A stretch of 64,000 bases of DNA from an uncultured Clostridia bacterium (GTDB lineage Bacteria; Bacillota; Clostridia; TANB77; CAG-508), in NCBI GenBank assembly GCA_947594065.1, contig CANQDX010000003.1, positions 499-64,498 of the forward strand. Reading direction: 5' to 3'. The position numbers and the translations under genes were made by a program. A model generated the notes under the pieces. It ran no database searches, was not told the DNA's origin, and saw nothing but the letters and a program-made list of their open reading frames with translations. Below are positions 55,046 through 63,966 of this stretch, one piece after another; position 1 is the stretch's first letter, and each line of letters begins with the position of its first letter.

Positions 55046-55993
55046 ATGATAGAATTTGAAAAGCCAAATATTGAATGTCTAGAAATAAATGAAGAAAATA
55101 ATTACGCAAAATTTGTTTGTGAGCCACTAGAAAGAGGATATGGAGTAACAATAGGAAACTCTTTAAGAAGAATTTTACTTTCTTCACTACCTGGATATGC
55201 AATTACAGGAGTAAAAATTAATGGAGTTGTTCACGAATTCTCAACAATACCTAATGTGGTAGAAGATGTTCCAGAAATCATTGTTAACTTAAAAGGAGTA
55301 AGATTAAAATCTTTTGATAGCGAAGATAAAATATTAACTATTAACTTCCAAGGAGAAGGAGAAGTTAAAGCAGGTGATATTATAACAGATGGTACAATTG
55401 AAATATTGAATCCAGATTTACATATTGCTACTGTATCAGAAGGCGGAAGCTTAGTAATGGAAATGACAGCAAATAAAGGAAGAGGATACAACATAGCATA
55501 TAAAAATAAAAAAGCTACACAAGACATATCTTATCTTCCAATAGACTCTATTTATACACCAGTTAGAAAAGTTAATTACACAGTTGAAAGCACTAGAGTT
55601 GGACAAATGGTTGACTTCGATAAATTAATTATTGAAGTATGGACAGATGGAAGCCTAAAAGCAGATGAAGCATTAAGTTTAGCTGCAAAAGTTATGACAG
55701 AACACTTATCTTTATTTATAGACTTATCAGAAGCAACAAAGAATACACAAGTTATGGTTGAAAAAGAAGAGTCTATGAAAGAAAAAGTATTAGAAATGTC
55801 AATTGAAGAATTAGAATTATCAGTAAGATCATTTAACTGTTTAAAAAGAGTTGGAATTTCAACAGTTGAAGACTTAACTAATAAAACAGAAGCAGAAATG
55901 CTTAAAGTTAGAAATTTAGGTAAAAAATCATTTGACGAAGTTACAAACAAATTACATTCATTGGGGTTAGATTTTGCTGAAGATGAAGACTAA
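55046..55993 (+). CDS. rpoA: DNA-directed RNA polymerase alpha subunit
   Basis: [38 protein letters not shown]... and C-terminal [19 protein letters not shown]. Confidence 0.97.
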   Translation: MIEFEKPNIECLEINEENNYAKFVCEPLERGYGVTIGNSLRRILLSSLPGYAITGVKINGVVHEFSTIPNVVEDVPEIIVNLKGVRLKSFDSEDKILTINFQGEGEVKAGDIITDGTIEILNPDLHIATVSEGGSLVMEMTANKGRGYNIAYKNKKATQDISYLPIDSIYTPVRKVNYTVESTRVGQMVDFDKLIIEVWTDGSLKADEALSLAAKVMTEHLSLFIDLSEATKNTQVMVEKEESMKEKVLEMSIEELELSVRSFNCLKRVGISTVEDLTNKTEAEMLKVRNLGKKSFDEVTNKLHSLGLDFAEDED

Positions 55994-56077
55994 ACAAGAC
56001 AAATGAAACTTCATATTACGTTAAACCTATAAGGTTTATTCGTTAAATCAAAGAAATAAGTGGAAAGGGTGAATAAA

Positions 56078-56587
56078 ATGGCAATAAATAGAAAGTTAGG
56101 CAGAACAACTGACCAACGTTTAGCAATGCTTAAAACTCAAGCTACTGACTTAATTTTAAATGGTAAAATTGAAACTACGCAAGCAAGAGCAAAAGAAGTA
56201 AAAGCAATTGTAGATAGTATTATTTCTTTAGCAGTTAAAGAAAAAGATAATTTTGAAACAGTAGAAGTAAAAGTTGTTAAAGCTAAGCTAGATAGTAAAG
56301 GTAATAAAGTTACAGAAAAAGTAACAAGCAAAAATGGAAAAGAATATTTAAAAGTAGTAAAAGAAGAAACTACTGAAAAAAGACAAAAAGATATGCCTTC
56401 TAGATTAAATGCAAGAAGAAAAATAATGAGAAAAATTAACAAAGTAGAAGGTGTAGATTTAGTAGGAAAGCTATTTGGAGAAATAGCAACTAAATATTCA
56501 GGAAGAGTTGGTGGATATACTAGAATTATAAAAAAAGGTTATAGAAGAGGCGACTCAGCTGAAATTGTTATATTAGAATTAATTTAA
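56078..56587 (+). CDS. rplQ: 50S ribosomal protein L17 (169 aa; contains a Lys/Glu-rich internal insertion)
   Basis: MAINRKLGRTTDQRLAMLKTQATDLILNGKIETTQARAKEV...GGYTRIIKKGYRRGDSAEIVILEL. Confidence 0.94.
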   Translation: MAINRKLGRTTDQRLAMLKTQATDLILNGKIETTQARAKEVKAIVDSIISLAVKEKDNFETVEVKVVKAKLDSKGNKVTEKVTSKNGKEYLKVVKEETTEKRQKDMPSRLNARRKIMRKINKVEGVDLVGKLFGEIATKYSGRVGGYTRIIKKGYRRGDSAEIVILELI

Positions 56588-56589
56588 AA

Positions 56590-56617
56590 AAAATCCCAAA
56601 CAATTGGGATTTTTTTA
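56590..56617 (+). terminator. Terminator after rplQ
   Basis: AATCCCAA ACAA TTGGGATT followed by TTTTTT. Confidence 0.85.
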
Positions 56618-56651
56618 TTTAATTAGATATACAAGCCAATTTTGTGTTTAG

Positions 56652-56978
56652 TTATTGATTAATAATCACTTTTGCAATATCATAAATTAACTTAATTTTT
56701 TCTGGTGGACAATTTTTTAGCAAATTAGAAAAATCTTCAGTAAGATAATTTTTTGAATTACATCCAGTACCAGTTAAAATATAAGATAAAGATATATTCA
56801 ATATATCACATAATTGGTTTAATCTAGTTAGATTTATTTTTACATCACCACGTTCAACTCTGCTTAAAAAAGCAACAGAAACATCAATTTGTTCTGCTAA
56901 TTGTTCCTGAGTAAGCTTCTTGTCTTTTCTTGCCTTTTTCAATCTCTCTCCAATTATTGAATAATCTAATGCCATCAC
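56652..56978 (-). CDS. XRE-family helix-turn-helix transcriptional regulator
   Basis: IGERLKKARKDKKLTQEQLAEQIDVSVAFLSRVERGD. Confidence 0.85.
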   Translation of the reverse strand: MMALDYSIIGERLKKARKDKKLTQEQLAEQIDVSVAFLSRVERGDVKINLTRLNQLCDILNISLSYILTGTGCNSKNYLTEDFSNLLKNCPPEKIKLIYDIAKVIINQ

Positions 56979-57051
56979 TAATCATCCTTTCCAAATTTAT
57001 TAATTTAATAAGTAAAATATAGCATTAGAAGATTTAATTTTACAGAAAGTA

Positions 57052-57087
57052 ATAGGTTAAATTATACCATAGTATAATTTAACCTAT
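57052..57087. promoter_or_regulatory. Perfect 16-bp inverted repeat upstream of the XRE regulator gene (candidate operator)
   Basis: ATAGGTTAAATTATAC CATA GTATAATTTAACCTAT. Confidence 0.4.
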
Positions 57088-57264
57088 ATATTAAAAAACA
57101 TACATTCACTTCATCATAATAATTTTTCATAAAAACTCCACTTCATAAAAACTTATAAAAATTATAACAAAAAAATAATTGAAAGTAAACAAGTTGTTGT
57201 TGCAAAAATGAAAATATATGATAAAATAATAGAAAAGATGTTTGAGTAAAAGGAAGGAATAAAA

Positions 57265-57870
57265 ATGATAGCTTATGTAAGTGGAAATTTAGAAATGAAA
57301 TTTAATGGGTATATAGTAATTGATGCAGGAGGAATCGGGTATAAAATATTTATGTCTGACGCATCTATTGAAAGTTTGGGAGAAATAGGAGAAAAGGTAA
57401 AAGTATATACACATCATCACGTAAGAGAAGATGAAATGAGTTTGTATGGATTTTTAACAATGGAAGAGTTAAATATGTTTGAACTATTAATTTCTGTAAG
57501 CGGAGTAGGAGCGAAATCTGCATTGAATACTTTAGCTAATATAACGCCATCTTCATTTGCACTTGCTGTTATTACAAACGACACATCCAAACTTATTAAA
57601 ATACCAGGTGTTGGTGCAAAGACAGCAGCTCGTATTATTTTGGAATTAAAAGATAAAATAAAGAATGAAAGCTTAGTAAAAAATATGCAAGAAAGCACTA
57701 TTAAAACAAATGCAACAGAAGATAATGAAATAAGCGAAGCAATTTCAGCTTTGCAAGTGTTAGGCTACAACAGAAAAGACATTGAAAAAGCATTAGAAAA
57801 AATAGACACAAAAGATTTAAAACTAGAAGATATTATTAAGCAGGGATTAAAAAATCTTGCAAGAAATTAA
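57265..57870 (+). CDS. ruvA: Holliday junction DNA helicase subunit RuvA
   Basis: MIAYVSGNL...LYGF....E...F..LISVSGVGAK.AL..L...IPGVGAKTA.RI.LELKDK. Confidence 0.93.
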   Translation: MIAYVSGNLEMKFNGYIVIDAGGIGYKIFMSDASIESLGEIGEKVKVYTHHHVREDEMSLYGFLTMEELNMFELLISVSGVGAKSALNTLANITPSSFALAVITNDTSKLIKIPGVGAKTAARIILELKDKIKNESLVKNMQESTIKTNATEDNEISEAISALQVLGYNRKDIEKALEKIDTKDLKLEDIIKQGLKNLARN

Positions 57871-57901
57871 GAAAAATTACAATTTTGAAAAGGAGAGTTT
57901 T

Positions 57902-59155
57902 ATGGAATTTGATAAACCACTTGCCTATAGAATGAGGCCAAGAACACTAGAAGAATATGTAGGCCAAGAACACATACTTGGAAAAGACAAAATATTGTAC
58001 AGAACCATAAAAGCAGACAGACTATCTAGCATTATTTTATTTGGACCACCAGGCTGTGGAAAAACGTCCTTAGCCAAAGTAATTAGTGAAACAACTAAAT
58101 ATAAATTTGAAAAAATAAATGCAGTTACAGCAGGGGTTTCAGACATAAAAAAAGTCATAGAAGATGCTAAAAATTTATTCTTAAACCCAACAGGAAAATG
58201 CATATTATTTATAGACGAAATACATAGATTTAACAAACTACAACAAGACGCTTTACTTCCAGCAGTTGAAGATGGAACAATTATTTTGATAGGAGCAACC
58301 ACTGAAAATCCATATTTTGAAGTAAATAAAGCCTTAATATCTCGTTCAATGGTATTCAAACTAGAACCATTATCAGAAGAAGATATTTTAAAAGTTCTAA
58401 AAATGTCATTAGAAAGAAAAGATGGATTAGGCGAATATAATATAAAAATCGAAGAAGATACATTAAAAAGTATAGCAAGAATTTCTGGAGGAGATGTTAG
58501 AACTGCTTTAAATGGCTTAGAAGTTGCAGTGTTAACAACGCAAATGGACAAAGATGGTTATATTCATATTACTGACCAAATTGCAGCAGATAGTATGCAA
58601 AAGAAAAAAGCAATATTTGATAAAGCAGGAGAAAGCCACTACGATAACATAAGTGCTTTTATAAAATCAATGAGAGGAAGCGACCCAGATGCTGCTATCT
58701 TTTATCTAGCAAGAGCTTTAAATGCTGGAGAAGATCCAATGTTTTTAGCTAGAAGAATAACAATTGCTGCATCAGAAGATGTTGGAATGGCAAATCCAAA
58801 TGCTCTAGTTGTTGCAAATTCTGCTATGCAAGCAATACATTCAATAGGAATGCCAGAAGCTAGAATACTTTTAGCAGAAGCTGCAGTATATGTTGCTATA
58901 TCTAAAAAATCAAATGCATCATATTTAGCAATTGAAAAAGCATTGCAAGATGTATCTACAAAAGATACAGGAGAAGTCCCAATGCACATTAGAAATGCAC
59001 CTATAGAAGATATGAAAAACTTAGGTTATTCAAATGGCTATAAATATCCTCACGATTATCCAGGACATATTGTAGAACAGCAATATTTGCCTGACAAAAT
59101 GTTAGGCACAAAATATTATATTCCAGATGAAAATTCATTATCTAAATTAATATAA
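57902..59155 (+). CDS. rarA: Replication-associated recombination protein A (MgsA/RarA AAA+ ATPase)
   Basis: PLAYRMRPRTLEEYVGQEHILG...SIILFGPPGCGKTSLA...FIDEIHRFNK.QQDALLP.VE.G.I.LIGATTENP...YKYPHDY. Confidence 0.92.
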   Translation: MEFDKPLAYRMRPRTLEEYVGQEHILGKDKILYRTIKADRLSSIILFGPPGCGKTSLAKVISETTKYKFEKINAVTAGVSDIKKVIEDAKNLFLNPTGKCILFIDEIHRFNKLQQDALLPAVEDGTIILIGATTENPYFEVNKALISRSMVFKLEPLSEEDILKVLKMSLERKDGLGEYNIKIEEDTLKSIARISGGDVRTALNGLEVAVLTTQMDKDGYIHITDQIAADSMQKKKAIFDKAGESHYDNISAFIKSMRGSDPDAAIFYLARALNAGEDPMFLARRITIAASEDVGMANPNALVVANSAMQAIHSIGMPEARILLAEAAVYVAISKKSNASYLAIEKALQDVSTKDTGEVPMHIRNAPIEDMKNLGYSNGYKYPHDYPGHIVEQQYLPDKMLGTKYYIPDENSLSKLI

Positions 59156-59220
59156 AATTATGATGATATTAATTTTATAAAAAATTACATATTTTTAAAA
59201 AAATTTCTAAAACTATCAAT

Positions 59221-59586
59221 ATGTTTAGAAATTTTTTTAATTGGAAAATAATTTTAATTGGACTACTTTCTGGTGTTATAAATGGATTATTTGCTAGCGG
59301 TGGAGGAATGATACTTGTTCCAGCATTTCTTTATATGCTAAAAATGGACGATATAAAATCACGAGCAACATCTGTATTATGTATTCTGCCAATGGTAGTC
59401 ACAAGTGGAATTTTTTATTATACAAATAATTATATTAACTGGAATGTGGGTATTCTATGCGCAATTGGTGGAATAATAGGAGGAATAGTTGGAGCAAAAT
59501 TACTAAACAAACTTCCAACAAAATACCTAAAAATTGCTTTTACCATTTTCCTACTTTATGCTGCTTACAAAATGATATCAAATTAG
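59221..59586 (+). CDS. Half-size (4-TM) TSUP/TauE-SafE-family membrane protein
   Basis: LLSGVINGLFASGGGMILVPAFLYML...GGIIGGIVGAKLL. Confidence 0.75.
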   Translation: MFRNFFNWKIILIGLLSGVINGLFASGGGMILVPAFLYMLKMDDIKSRATSVLCILPMVVTSGIFYYTNNYINWNVGILCAIGGIIGGIVGAKLLNKLPTKYLKIAFTIFLLYAAYKMISN

Positions 59587-59598
59587 TTTGGAGTGTTT

Positions 59599-60007
59599 AT
59601 GATAGAAATTTTAACAGGCTTTGTTTCAGGAATTGTCAGCCGGCACAGGTATGGGCGGAGGAACTATCCTAATATTATGCTTATCCATATTTTTGAATAT
59701 GGACCAGAAAATAGCACAGGCAACCAACTTAATATTCTTCATTCCTACATCTATTGCCGCAATCTATGTAAATATAAAATCAAAAAAAATAAATTTTAAA
59801 ATAGCAAAACCTATTATACTTTGGGGCATAATTGGGGCAATTATAGGAGCAATTATAGCACAAAAAATAGATGTAAAATTATTAAAAAAATTATTTGGTA
59901 TATTTTTAATTTTAATTTCAATACACGAAATTTATATCTTGATAAAAACGTATAGAAATCAAAAAAATAAGAATAATAATAAAAGAAAGGGATGTGAGAA
60001 ACAATGA
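59599..60007 (+). pseudogene. Second half-size TSUP-family gene, interrupted by a 1-nt frameshift near 59640-59641
   Basis: The ATG 59599 frame gives MIEILTGFVSGIVS, then runs out of family similarity. The +1 frame continues (A)GTGMGGGTILILCLSIF...GAIIGAIIAQKI. Removing one C in AGCCGGC restores GFVSGIVSGTGMGGG. Confidence 0.6.
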
Positions 60008-60138
60008 AATTTACAAAAGGAATGATAATCGGTGGAATGATAACAGCCGGATTAATGATGATGTATACAGATAATATGAATACTAAAAAAATGATGAAAA
60101 AAGGAAAACAATTAGTTAGAAAAATGGGAATCATATAA
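60004..60138 (+). CDS. Possible 44-aa membrane peptide, ATGA-coupled to the preceding gene
   Basis: MKFTKGMIIGGMITAGLMMMY...KKGKQLVRKMGII. The start overlaps the upstream stop. No strong RBS. Confidence 0.3.
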   Translation: MKFTKGMIIGGMITAGLMMMYTDNMNTKKMMKKGKQLVRKMGII

Positions 60139-60211
60139 TGATTCTCATTTTTCAAATAAAAAGAAAAGACTCAAAAGGTCTATTTATCTTTCAAGTCTTT
60201 TAATGCTTTTA

Positions 60212-60685
60212 TTAGGCATTAGGTTTATTATCACATTCATCGTGTTTTGGTGTACAGCACATATCTTTACATTTCTCAAAATCTTCTTTTTTTCCAACAT
60301 AGCAATCACAATGTTTTAAATCTACGCCTTTTAAACACTTTCCTTCACGATGACACTTTGAACAAACTTTAACGTGTTTTACCCTATTTACCCATATTTG
60401 GATGTCGTATTTTTTATCTGGGCAAAGAGGACCAAAAACAAACTCTCCATCTTTATCTGTAAAAGTATGAGAAACTGGTCTTCTTTCTTCTTTTCCACAC
60501 TCGTAATCAACTTCAATTAACTTTACAACTGCATCTCTTATAGGTTCTTTATAACAGTCTTTAACAGTGCCAAATAAAACACCTCTGTTATCTTCTGGTA
60601 AAACAATATCTAAATCAAATTGCTTACCAGTTGCAATATGACCATCAATATCAGTAACTGGACAACATTTATCTTCGAAATCCAT
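60212..60685 (-). CDS. Cysteine-rich protein (14 Cys) with a carboxypeptidase-regulatory/prealbumin-like core; function unknown
   Basis: GVLFGTVKD..EPIRDAVVKLIE...FTDKDGEFVFGPLCPDKKYDIQIW, then CSKCHREGKC...HCDCY...CKDMCCTPKHDEC. The second ATG (60685) is preferred because of AAAGGA spacing. Confidence 0.55.
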   Translation of the reverse strand: MDFEDKCCPVTDIDGHIATGKQFDLDIVLPEDNRGVLFGTVKDCYKEPIRDAVVKLIEVDYECGKEERRPVSHTFTDKDGEFVFGPLCPDKKYDIQIWVNRVKHVKVCSKCHREGKCLKGVDLKHCDCYVGKKEDFEKCKDMCCTPKHDECDNKPNA

Positions 60686-60824
60686 AAAAAACATCCTTTC
60701 TTTAAAATTGTTTAAGCAAATTAGCTTAATATATTATATGAAAATTGAATATTATTGGTACTTAATGTTGAAAAATAATCATAAATATGATATAAAATAA
60801 GAATGAAAGAGAGTGATGAATAAA

Positions 60825-60947
60825 ATGGCAAAGAAAAAAATAGATAAAAGTAAAATTGCAACAAGAGTTATAGCAGCAGTAATGGCAGCATTAATGGTAT
60901 TAGGAATTTGTTTTACATTAATATATTATCTTGTTAGAATGTTTTAA
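60825..60947 (+). CDS. Possible 40-aa single-TM peptide upstream of cdaA (not in the ORF track)
   Basis: MAKKKIDKSKIATRVIAAVMAALMVLGICFTLIYYLVRMF: Lys-rich N-terminus followed by a TM helix. Confidence 0.35.
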   Translation: MAKKKIDKSKIATRVIAAVMAALMVLGICFTLIYYLVRMF

Positions 60948-60992
60948 TTATGAGAATAATAAAATATAGATAAATATTGAAAGGAATTGAAA

Positions 60993-61895
60993 ATGAATAA
61001 TAATCCTATGATTGAATTTAAAGATTTTTGGAGTACAACTTTCACAAACTACATACAAAATCCTTGGTCTATTATAACACTAATAATAGATGTTGTTATT
61101 GTTGCTTTTTTAATTTATGAAGTTGTAAAAATATTAAAAGGTTCAAGAGCAATGCAACTAGTAAAAGGAATAATTTTCCTATTTGTTATTACTTGGCTTA
61201 GCTCTATATTCAATTTGAAAATTCTAAACTATTTATTAACTACCATTATGACTTATGGAGTAATTTTACTGATTGTATTATTCCAACCAGAACTTAGAAG
61301 AGCATTAGAACAACTAGGGTCTTCTAATAAATTAACTAGATACTTAGGATTAGAAAAAGATATTATTTCCAAAACAAAAGAAGATATTTACAAAATAGGA
61401 ATAGCTGTAATGGAACTATCTAAAACCAAAACAGGAGCTTTAATCGTTATAGAAAGAGATATTAGGTTAAAAGAAATTATTTCAACAGGAGTAACAATCA
61501 ATGGCGAAATATCACCACAATTATTAGTAAATATATTCACTCCCAATACACCTTTACACGATGGAGCAGTTATTGTAAGCGAAAACAAAATAGCAGCTGC
61601 AGCTTGCGTTTTACCGCTAGCGTCAGATGGAGATATTTCAAGAGAGCTAGGAACTAGACACAGGGCAGCAATTGGAATGAGCAAAGAATCAGACGCAATT
61701 ATTGTTGTCGTTTCAGAAGAAACTGGAAAAATATCAATTGCAAAAGAAGGAACGCTTATTGCAGACTTAAAAGAAGAAGCATTAAAGAAAATTTTAATTA
61801 GCAACATTGTAACAAAAAGATTTAAAATGGGCGATCAAAAATCAATTATAGAAAAAGTAAAAAATATTAAATTTAAAAAGAATAAACAAGAATAA
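60993..61895 (+). CDS. cdaA: Diadenylate cyclase CdaA (DacA)
   Basis: Three N-terminal TM segments, QPELRRALEQLG, ...GALIVIERD...PLHDGAVIV...LGTRHRAAIGMSKESDAIIVVVSEETG. Confidence 0.93.
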   Translation: MNNNPMIEFKDFWSTTFTNYIQNPWSIITLIIDVVIVAFLIYEVVKILKGSRAMQLVKGIIFLFVITWLSSIFNLKILNYLLTTIMTYGVILLIVLFQPELRRALEQLGSSNKLTRYLGLEKDIISKTKEDIYKIGIAVMELSKTKTGALIVIERDIRLKEIISTGVTINGEISPQLLVNIFTPNTPLHDGAVIVSENKIAAAACVLPLASDGDISRELGTRHRAAIGMSKESDAIIVVVSEETGKISIAKEGTLIADLKEEALKKILISNIVTKRFKMGDQKSIIEKVKNIKFKKNKQE

Positions 61896-61944
61896 AGAGC
61901 AAATCATATATTTGCTCTTTCGATATATAAAATAGGTGAAAAAG

Positions 61945-62682
61945 ATGCGTAACATTAAACTAACAATAGAATATGATGGAAAAGATTTTGATGGTTGGCA
62001 AAAGCAACCCAACAAATTAAATATACAAGGAGAAATAGAAAGAGCAATTAAGGAAATTACTGGAGAAGAAATAAATCTAATTGCTTCAGGCAGAACAGAT
62101 GCAGGCGTGCACGCTTTAGGACAAATAGCAAATTTTAAAACAGAAAGCAATTTACCAATAGAGAAAATTCCAATTGCTTTAAATTCTAAACTTAAAAAAA
62201 GCATAAGAGTTATTGAAGCGGAGGAAGTAGAAGAAAGATTTCACAGCCGATATACCTGTAAAAGAAAAACATATAGATATATTATTAATAATTCTCCAAA
62301 TGGTACAGCAATTTATAGAAATTTAGAATATCATTTTCCAATAGTATTAAATGCAGAAAAAATGAATGAAGCAATAAAATACTTTATCGGAGAACACGAT
62401 TTTAAAGGATTTAAGTCAAGTGGGACAAGCTCTAAAAGTTCTGTAAGAACAATTTATGATGCAATAGTTTATAAAGAAAACAATAGAATAATTATAGAAT
62501 TAACAGGTAATGGCTTTTTATACAATATGGTTAGAATAATTGCAGGAACATTAATAGAAGTTGGATTAGGAAAGATAAAACCAGAAGAAATACCAGAAAT
62601 TATAAGGTCAAAAGACAGAACAAAGGCAGGAAAAACATTGCCACCTAATGGACTTTATCTAGTAAAAGTAGAATATAACTAA
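61945..62682 (+). CDS. truA: tRNA pseudouridine(38-40) synthase
   Basis: IKLTIEYDGKDFDGWQKQPN...ASGRTDAGVHALGQ.ANF...GFLYNMVRIIAGTL. Confidence 0.94.
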   Translation: MRNIKLTIEYDGKDFDGWQKQPNKLNIQGEIERAIKEITGEEINLIASGRTDAGVHALGQIANFKTESNLPIEKIPIALNSKLKKSIRVIEAEEVEERFHSRYTCKRKTYRYIINNSPNGTAIYRNLEYHFPIVLNAEKMNEAIKYFIGEHDFKGFKSSGTSSKSSVRTIYDAIVYKENNRIIIELTGNGFLYNMVRIIAGTLIEVGLGKIKPEEIPEIIRSKDRTKAGKTLPPNGLYLVKVEYN

Positions 62683-62798
62683 AATGTATAAAAAAGTAAT
62701 AAAAGCTTGTTTTTTATCATAAAAAGTTGTATAATTAAAAATACGGGAATCGAAAAATGTAGATTCCCAATTATTGTGTTAGGTAGTTGGAGAAAAAA

Positions 62799-63860
62799 AT
62801 GAAAGAAAATAATAACGAAAAAAAAGAAGTTAAGAAAAAATCAGTATTTAAAACATTCTTAAAAGTAATTCTAATCTTATTTATAATTGGAATTATTTCA
62901 GCTTGTACTTTACTATATGGACCTTGGAATGGATTTAGAGATTGGCTTATTACTACAGCTATGACAACATTAAGCCATCAATGGATTGCAACTTGTTTAT
63001 ACAGTGACGAAACAATTCAAACTGTTTTATCAGAAAATGCTGTAATAGAAACAGGAGAAACCACAAATACAGAAGAAGTAGAAATTGCTGTACAACCAGA
63101 AGAGCCAGTTATAGAATATGAAAATGAATATGAAGAAGCAATCTTAAAAAAAGAAGAAGGAAATGAATTATATAAGGTAATTGATATTAAAGGAAAGGGC
63201 TATACAGGGCATCTTGTAGCAATTTATGATCCATCAAAAATTTCTGTATGTACAACTAAATACTTAGGAAGTAAAGGACAATATTTAGTAGATATGGCAA
63301 ACGAAAATAAGGCAGTAGTTGCAATGAACGGCGGTGGATTTTATGATCCTAATTATAATAGCTTAGGTGGAATACCACAGGGAATTGTTATAAAAAATGG
63401 AAAAATTGTTACAAATAGAACCTACAAAAAAACAGGAGGAATTATTGGATTCACTAAAGAAAACAAACTAATTCTAGGAAAAATGACAGCAAATCAAGCT
63501 TTAAAAAAAGGTGTAAGAGACGCAGTAACCTTCGGACCATTTTTAATTGTAAATGGAAAACCTTCCTTCATAAAAGGAAATGGAGGCTGGGGAACAGCTC
63601 CTAGATCAGCAATTGGACAAAGAAAAGATGGAATCGTTTTATTTTTAGTAATCGATGGAAGAATGATTGGCAGACAAGGCGCAGATATGGTAGACCTAAC
63701 AGAAATAATGCAAAATTATGGCGCATATAATGCTGCAAACTTAGATGGAGGAACATCTTGTGGCTTAGTGGTAGAAGGAGAACTAATTAATGACCCTATT
63801 AATGGAAACGGAAAACACAAAACAAGATGGATTGCAACAGGATTTATCGTAAAAGAATAA
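62799..63860 (+). CDS. Phosphodiester glycosidase-family (NAGPA-like) exported protein
   Basis: N-terminal TM segment. AMNGGGFYDPN...GPFLIVNGKP...PRSAIGQRKDGIVLFLVIDGR...AANLDGGTS. Confidence 0.8.
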   Translation: MKENNNEKKEVKKKSVFKTFLKVILILFIIGIISACTLLYGPWNGFRDWLITTAMTTLSHQWIATCLYSDETIQTVLSENAVIETGETTNTEEVEIAVQPEEPVIEYENEYEEAILKKEEGNELYKVIDIKGKGYTGHLVAIYDPSKISVCTTKYLGSKGQYLVDMANENKAVVAMNGGGFYDPNYNSLGGIPQGIVIKNGKIVTNRTYKKTGGIIGFTKENKLILGKMTANQALKKGVRDAVTFGPFLIVNGKPSFIKGNGGWGTAPRSAIGQRKDGIVLFLVIDGRMIGRQGADMVDLTEIMQNYGAYNAANLDGGTSCGLVVEGELINDPINGNGKHKTRWIATGFIVKE

Positions 63861-63904
63861 AAAGATGGGTGTATTTCCTTTTCTATAAATATTAATGAAA
63901 TATC

Positions 63905-63933
63905 TTGACAATGAAAAAGATTAAATATAGAAT
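63905..63933 (+). promoter_or_regulatory. Candidate sigma-A promoter for the gene starting at 63967
   Basis: TTGACA 63905-63910, 17-nt spacer, TAGAAT 63928-63933. Confidence 0.5.
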
Positions 63934-63966
63934 GGAATAAGAAATCAAAAGAAGGAGAAGAAACGA

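Noticed and set aside
57925-58551. 208-aa minus-strand ORF inside rarA.
   Set aside because: It is antisense to a strongly conserved AAA+ gene, with no RBS or motifs.
59457-59799. ORFs 59457-59672 and 59593-59799 taken as separate genes.
   Set aside because: The first is an off-frame read through the first TSUP half. The second is the out-of-frame continuation after the frameshift in the second TSUP half.
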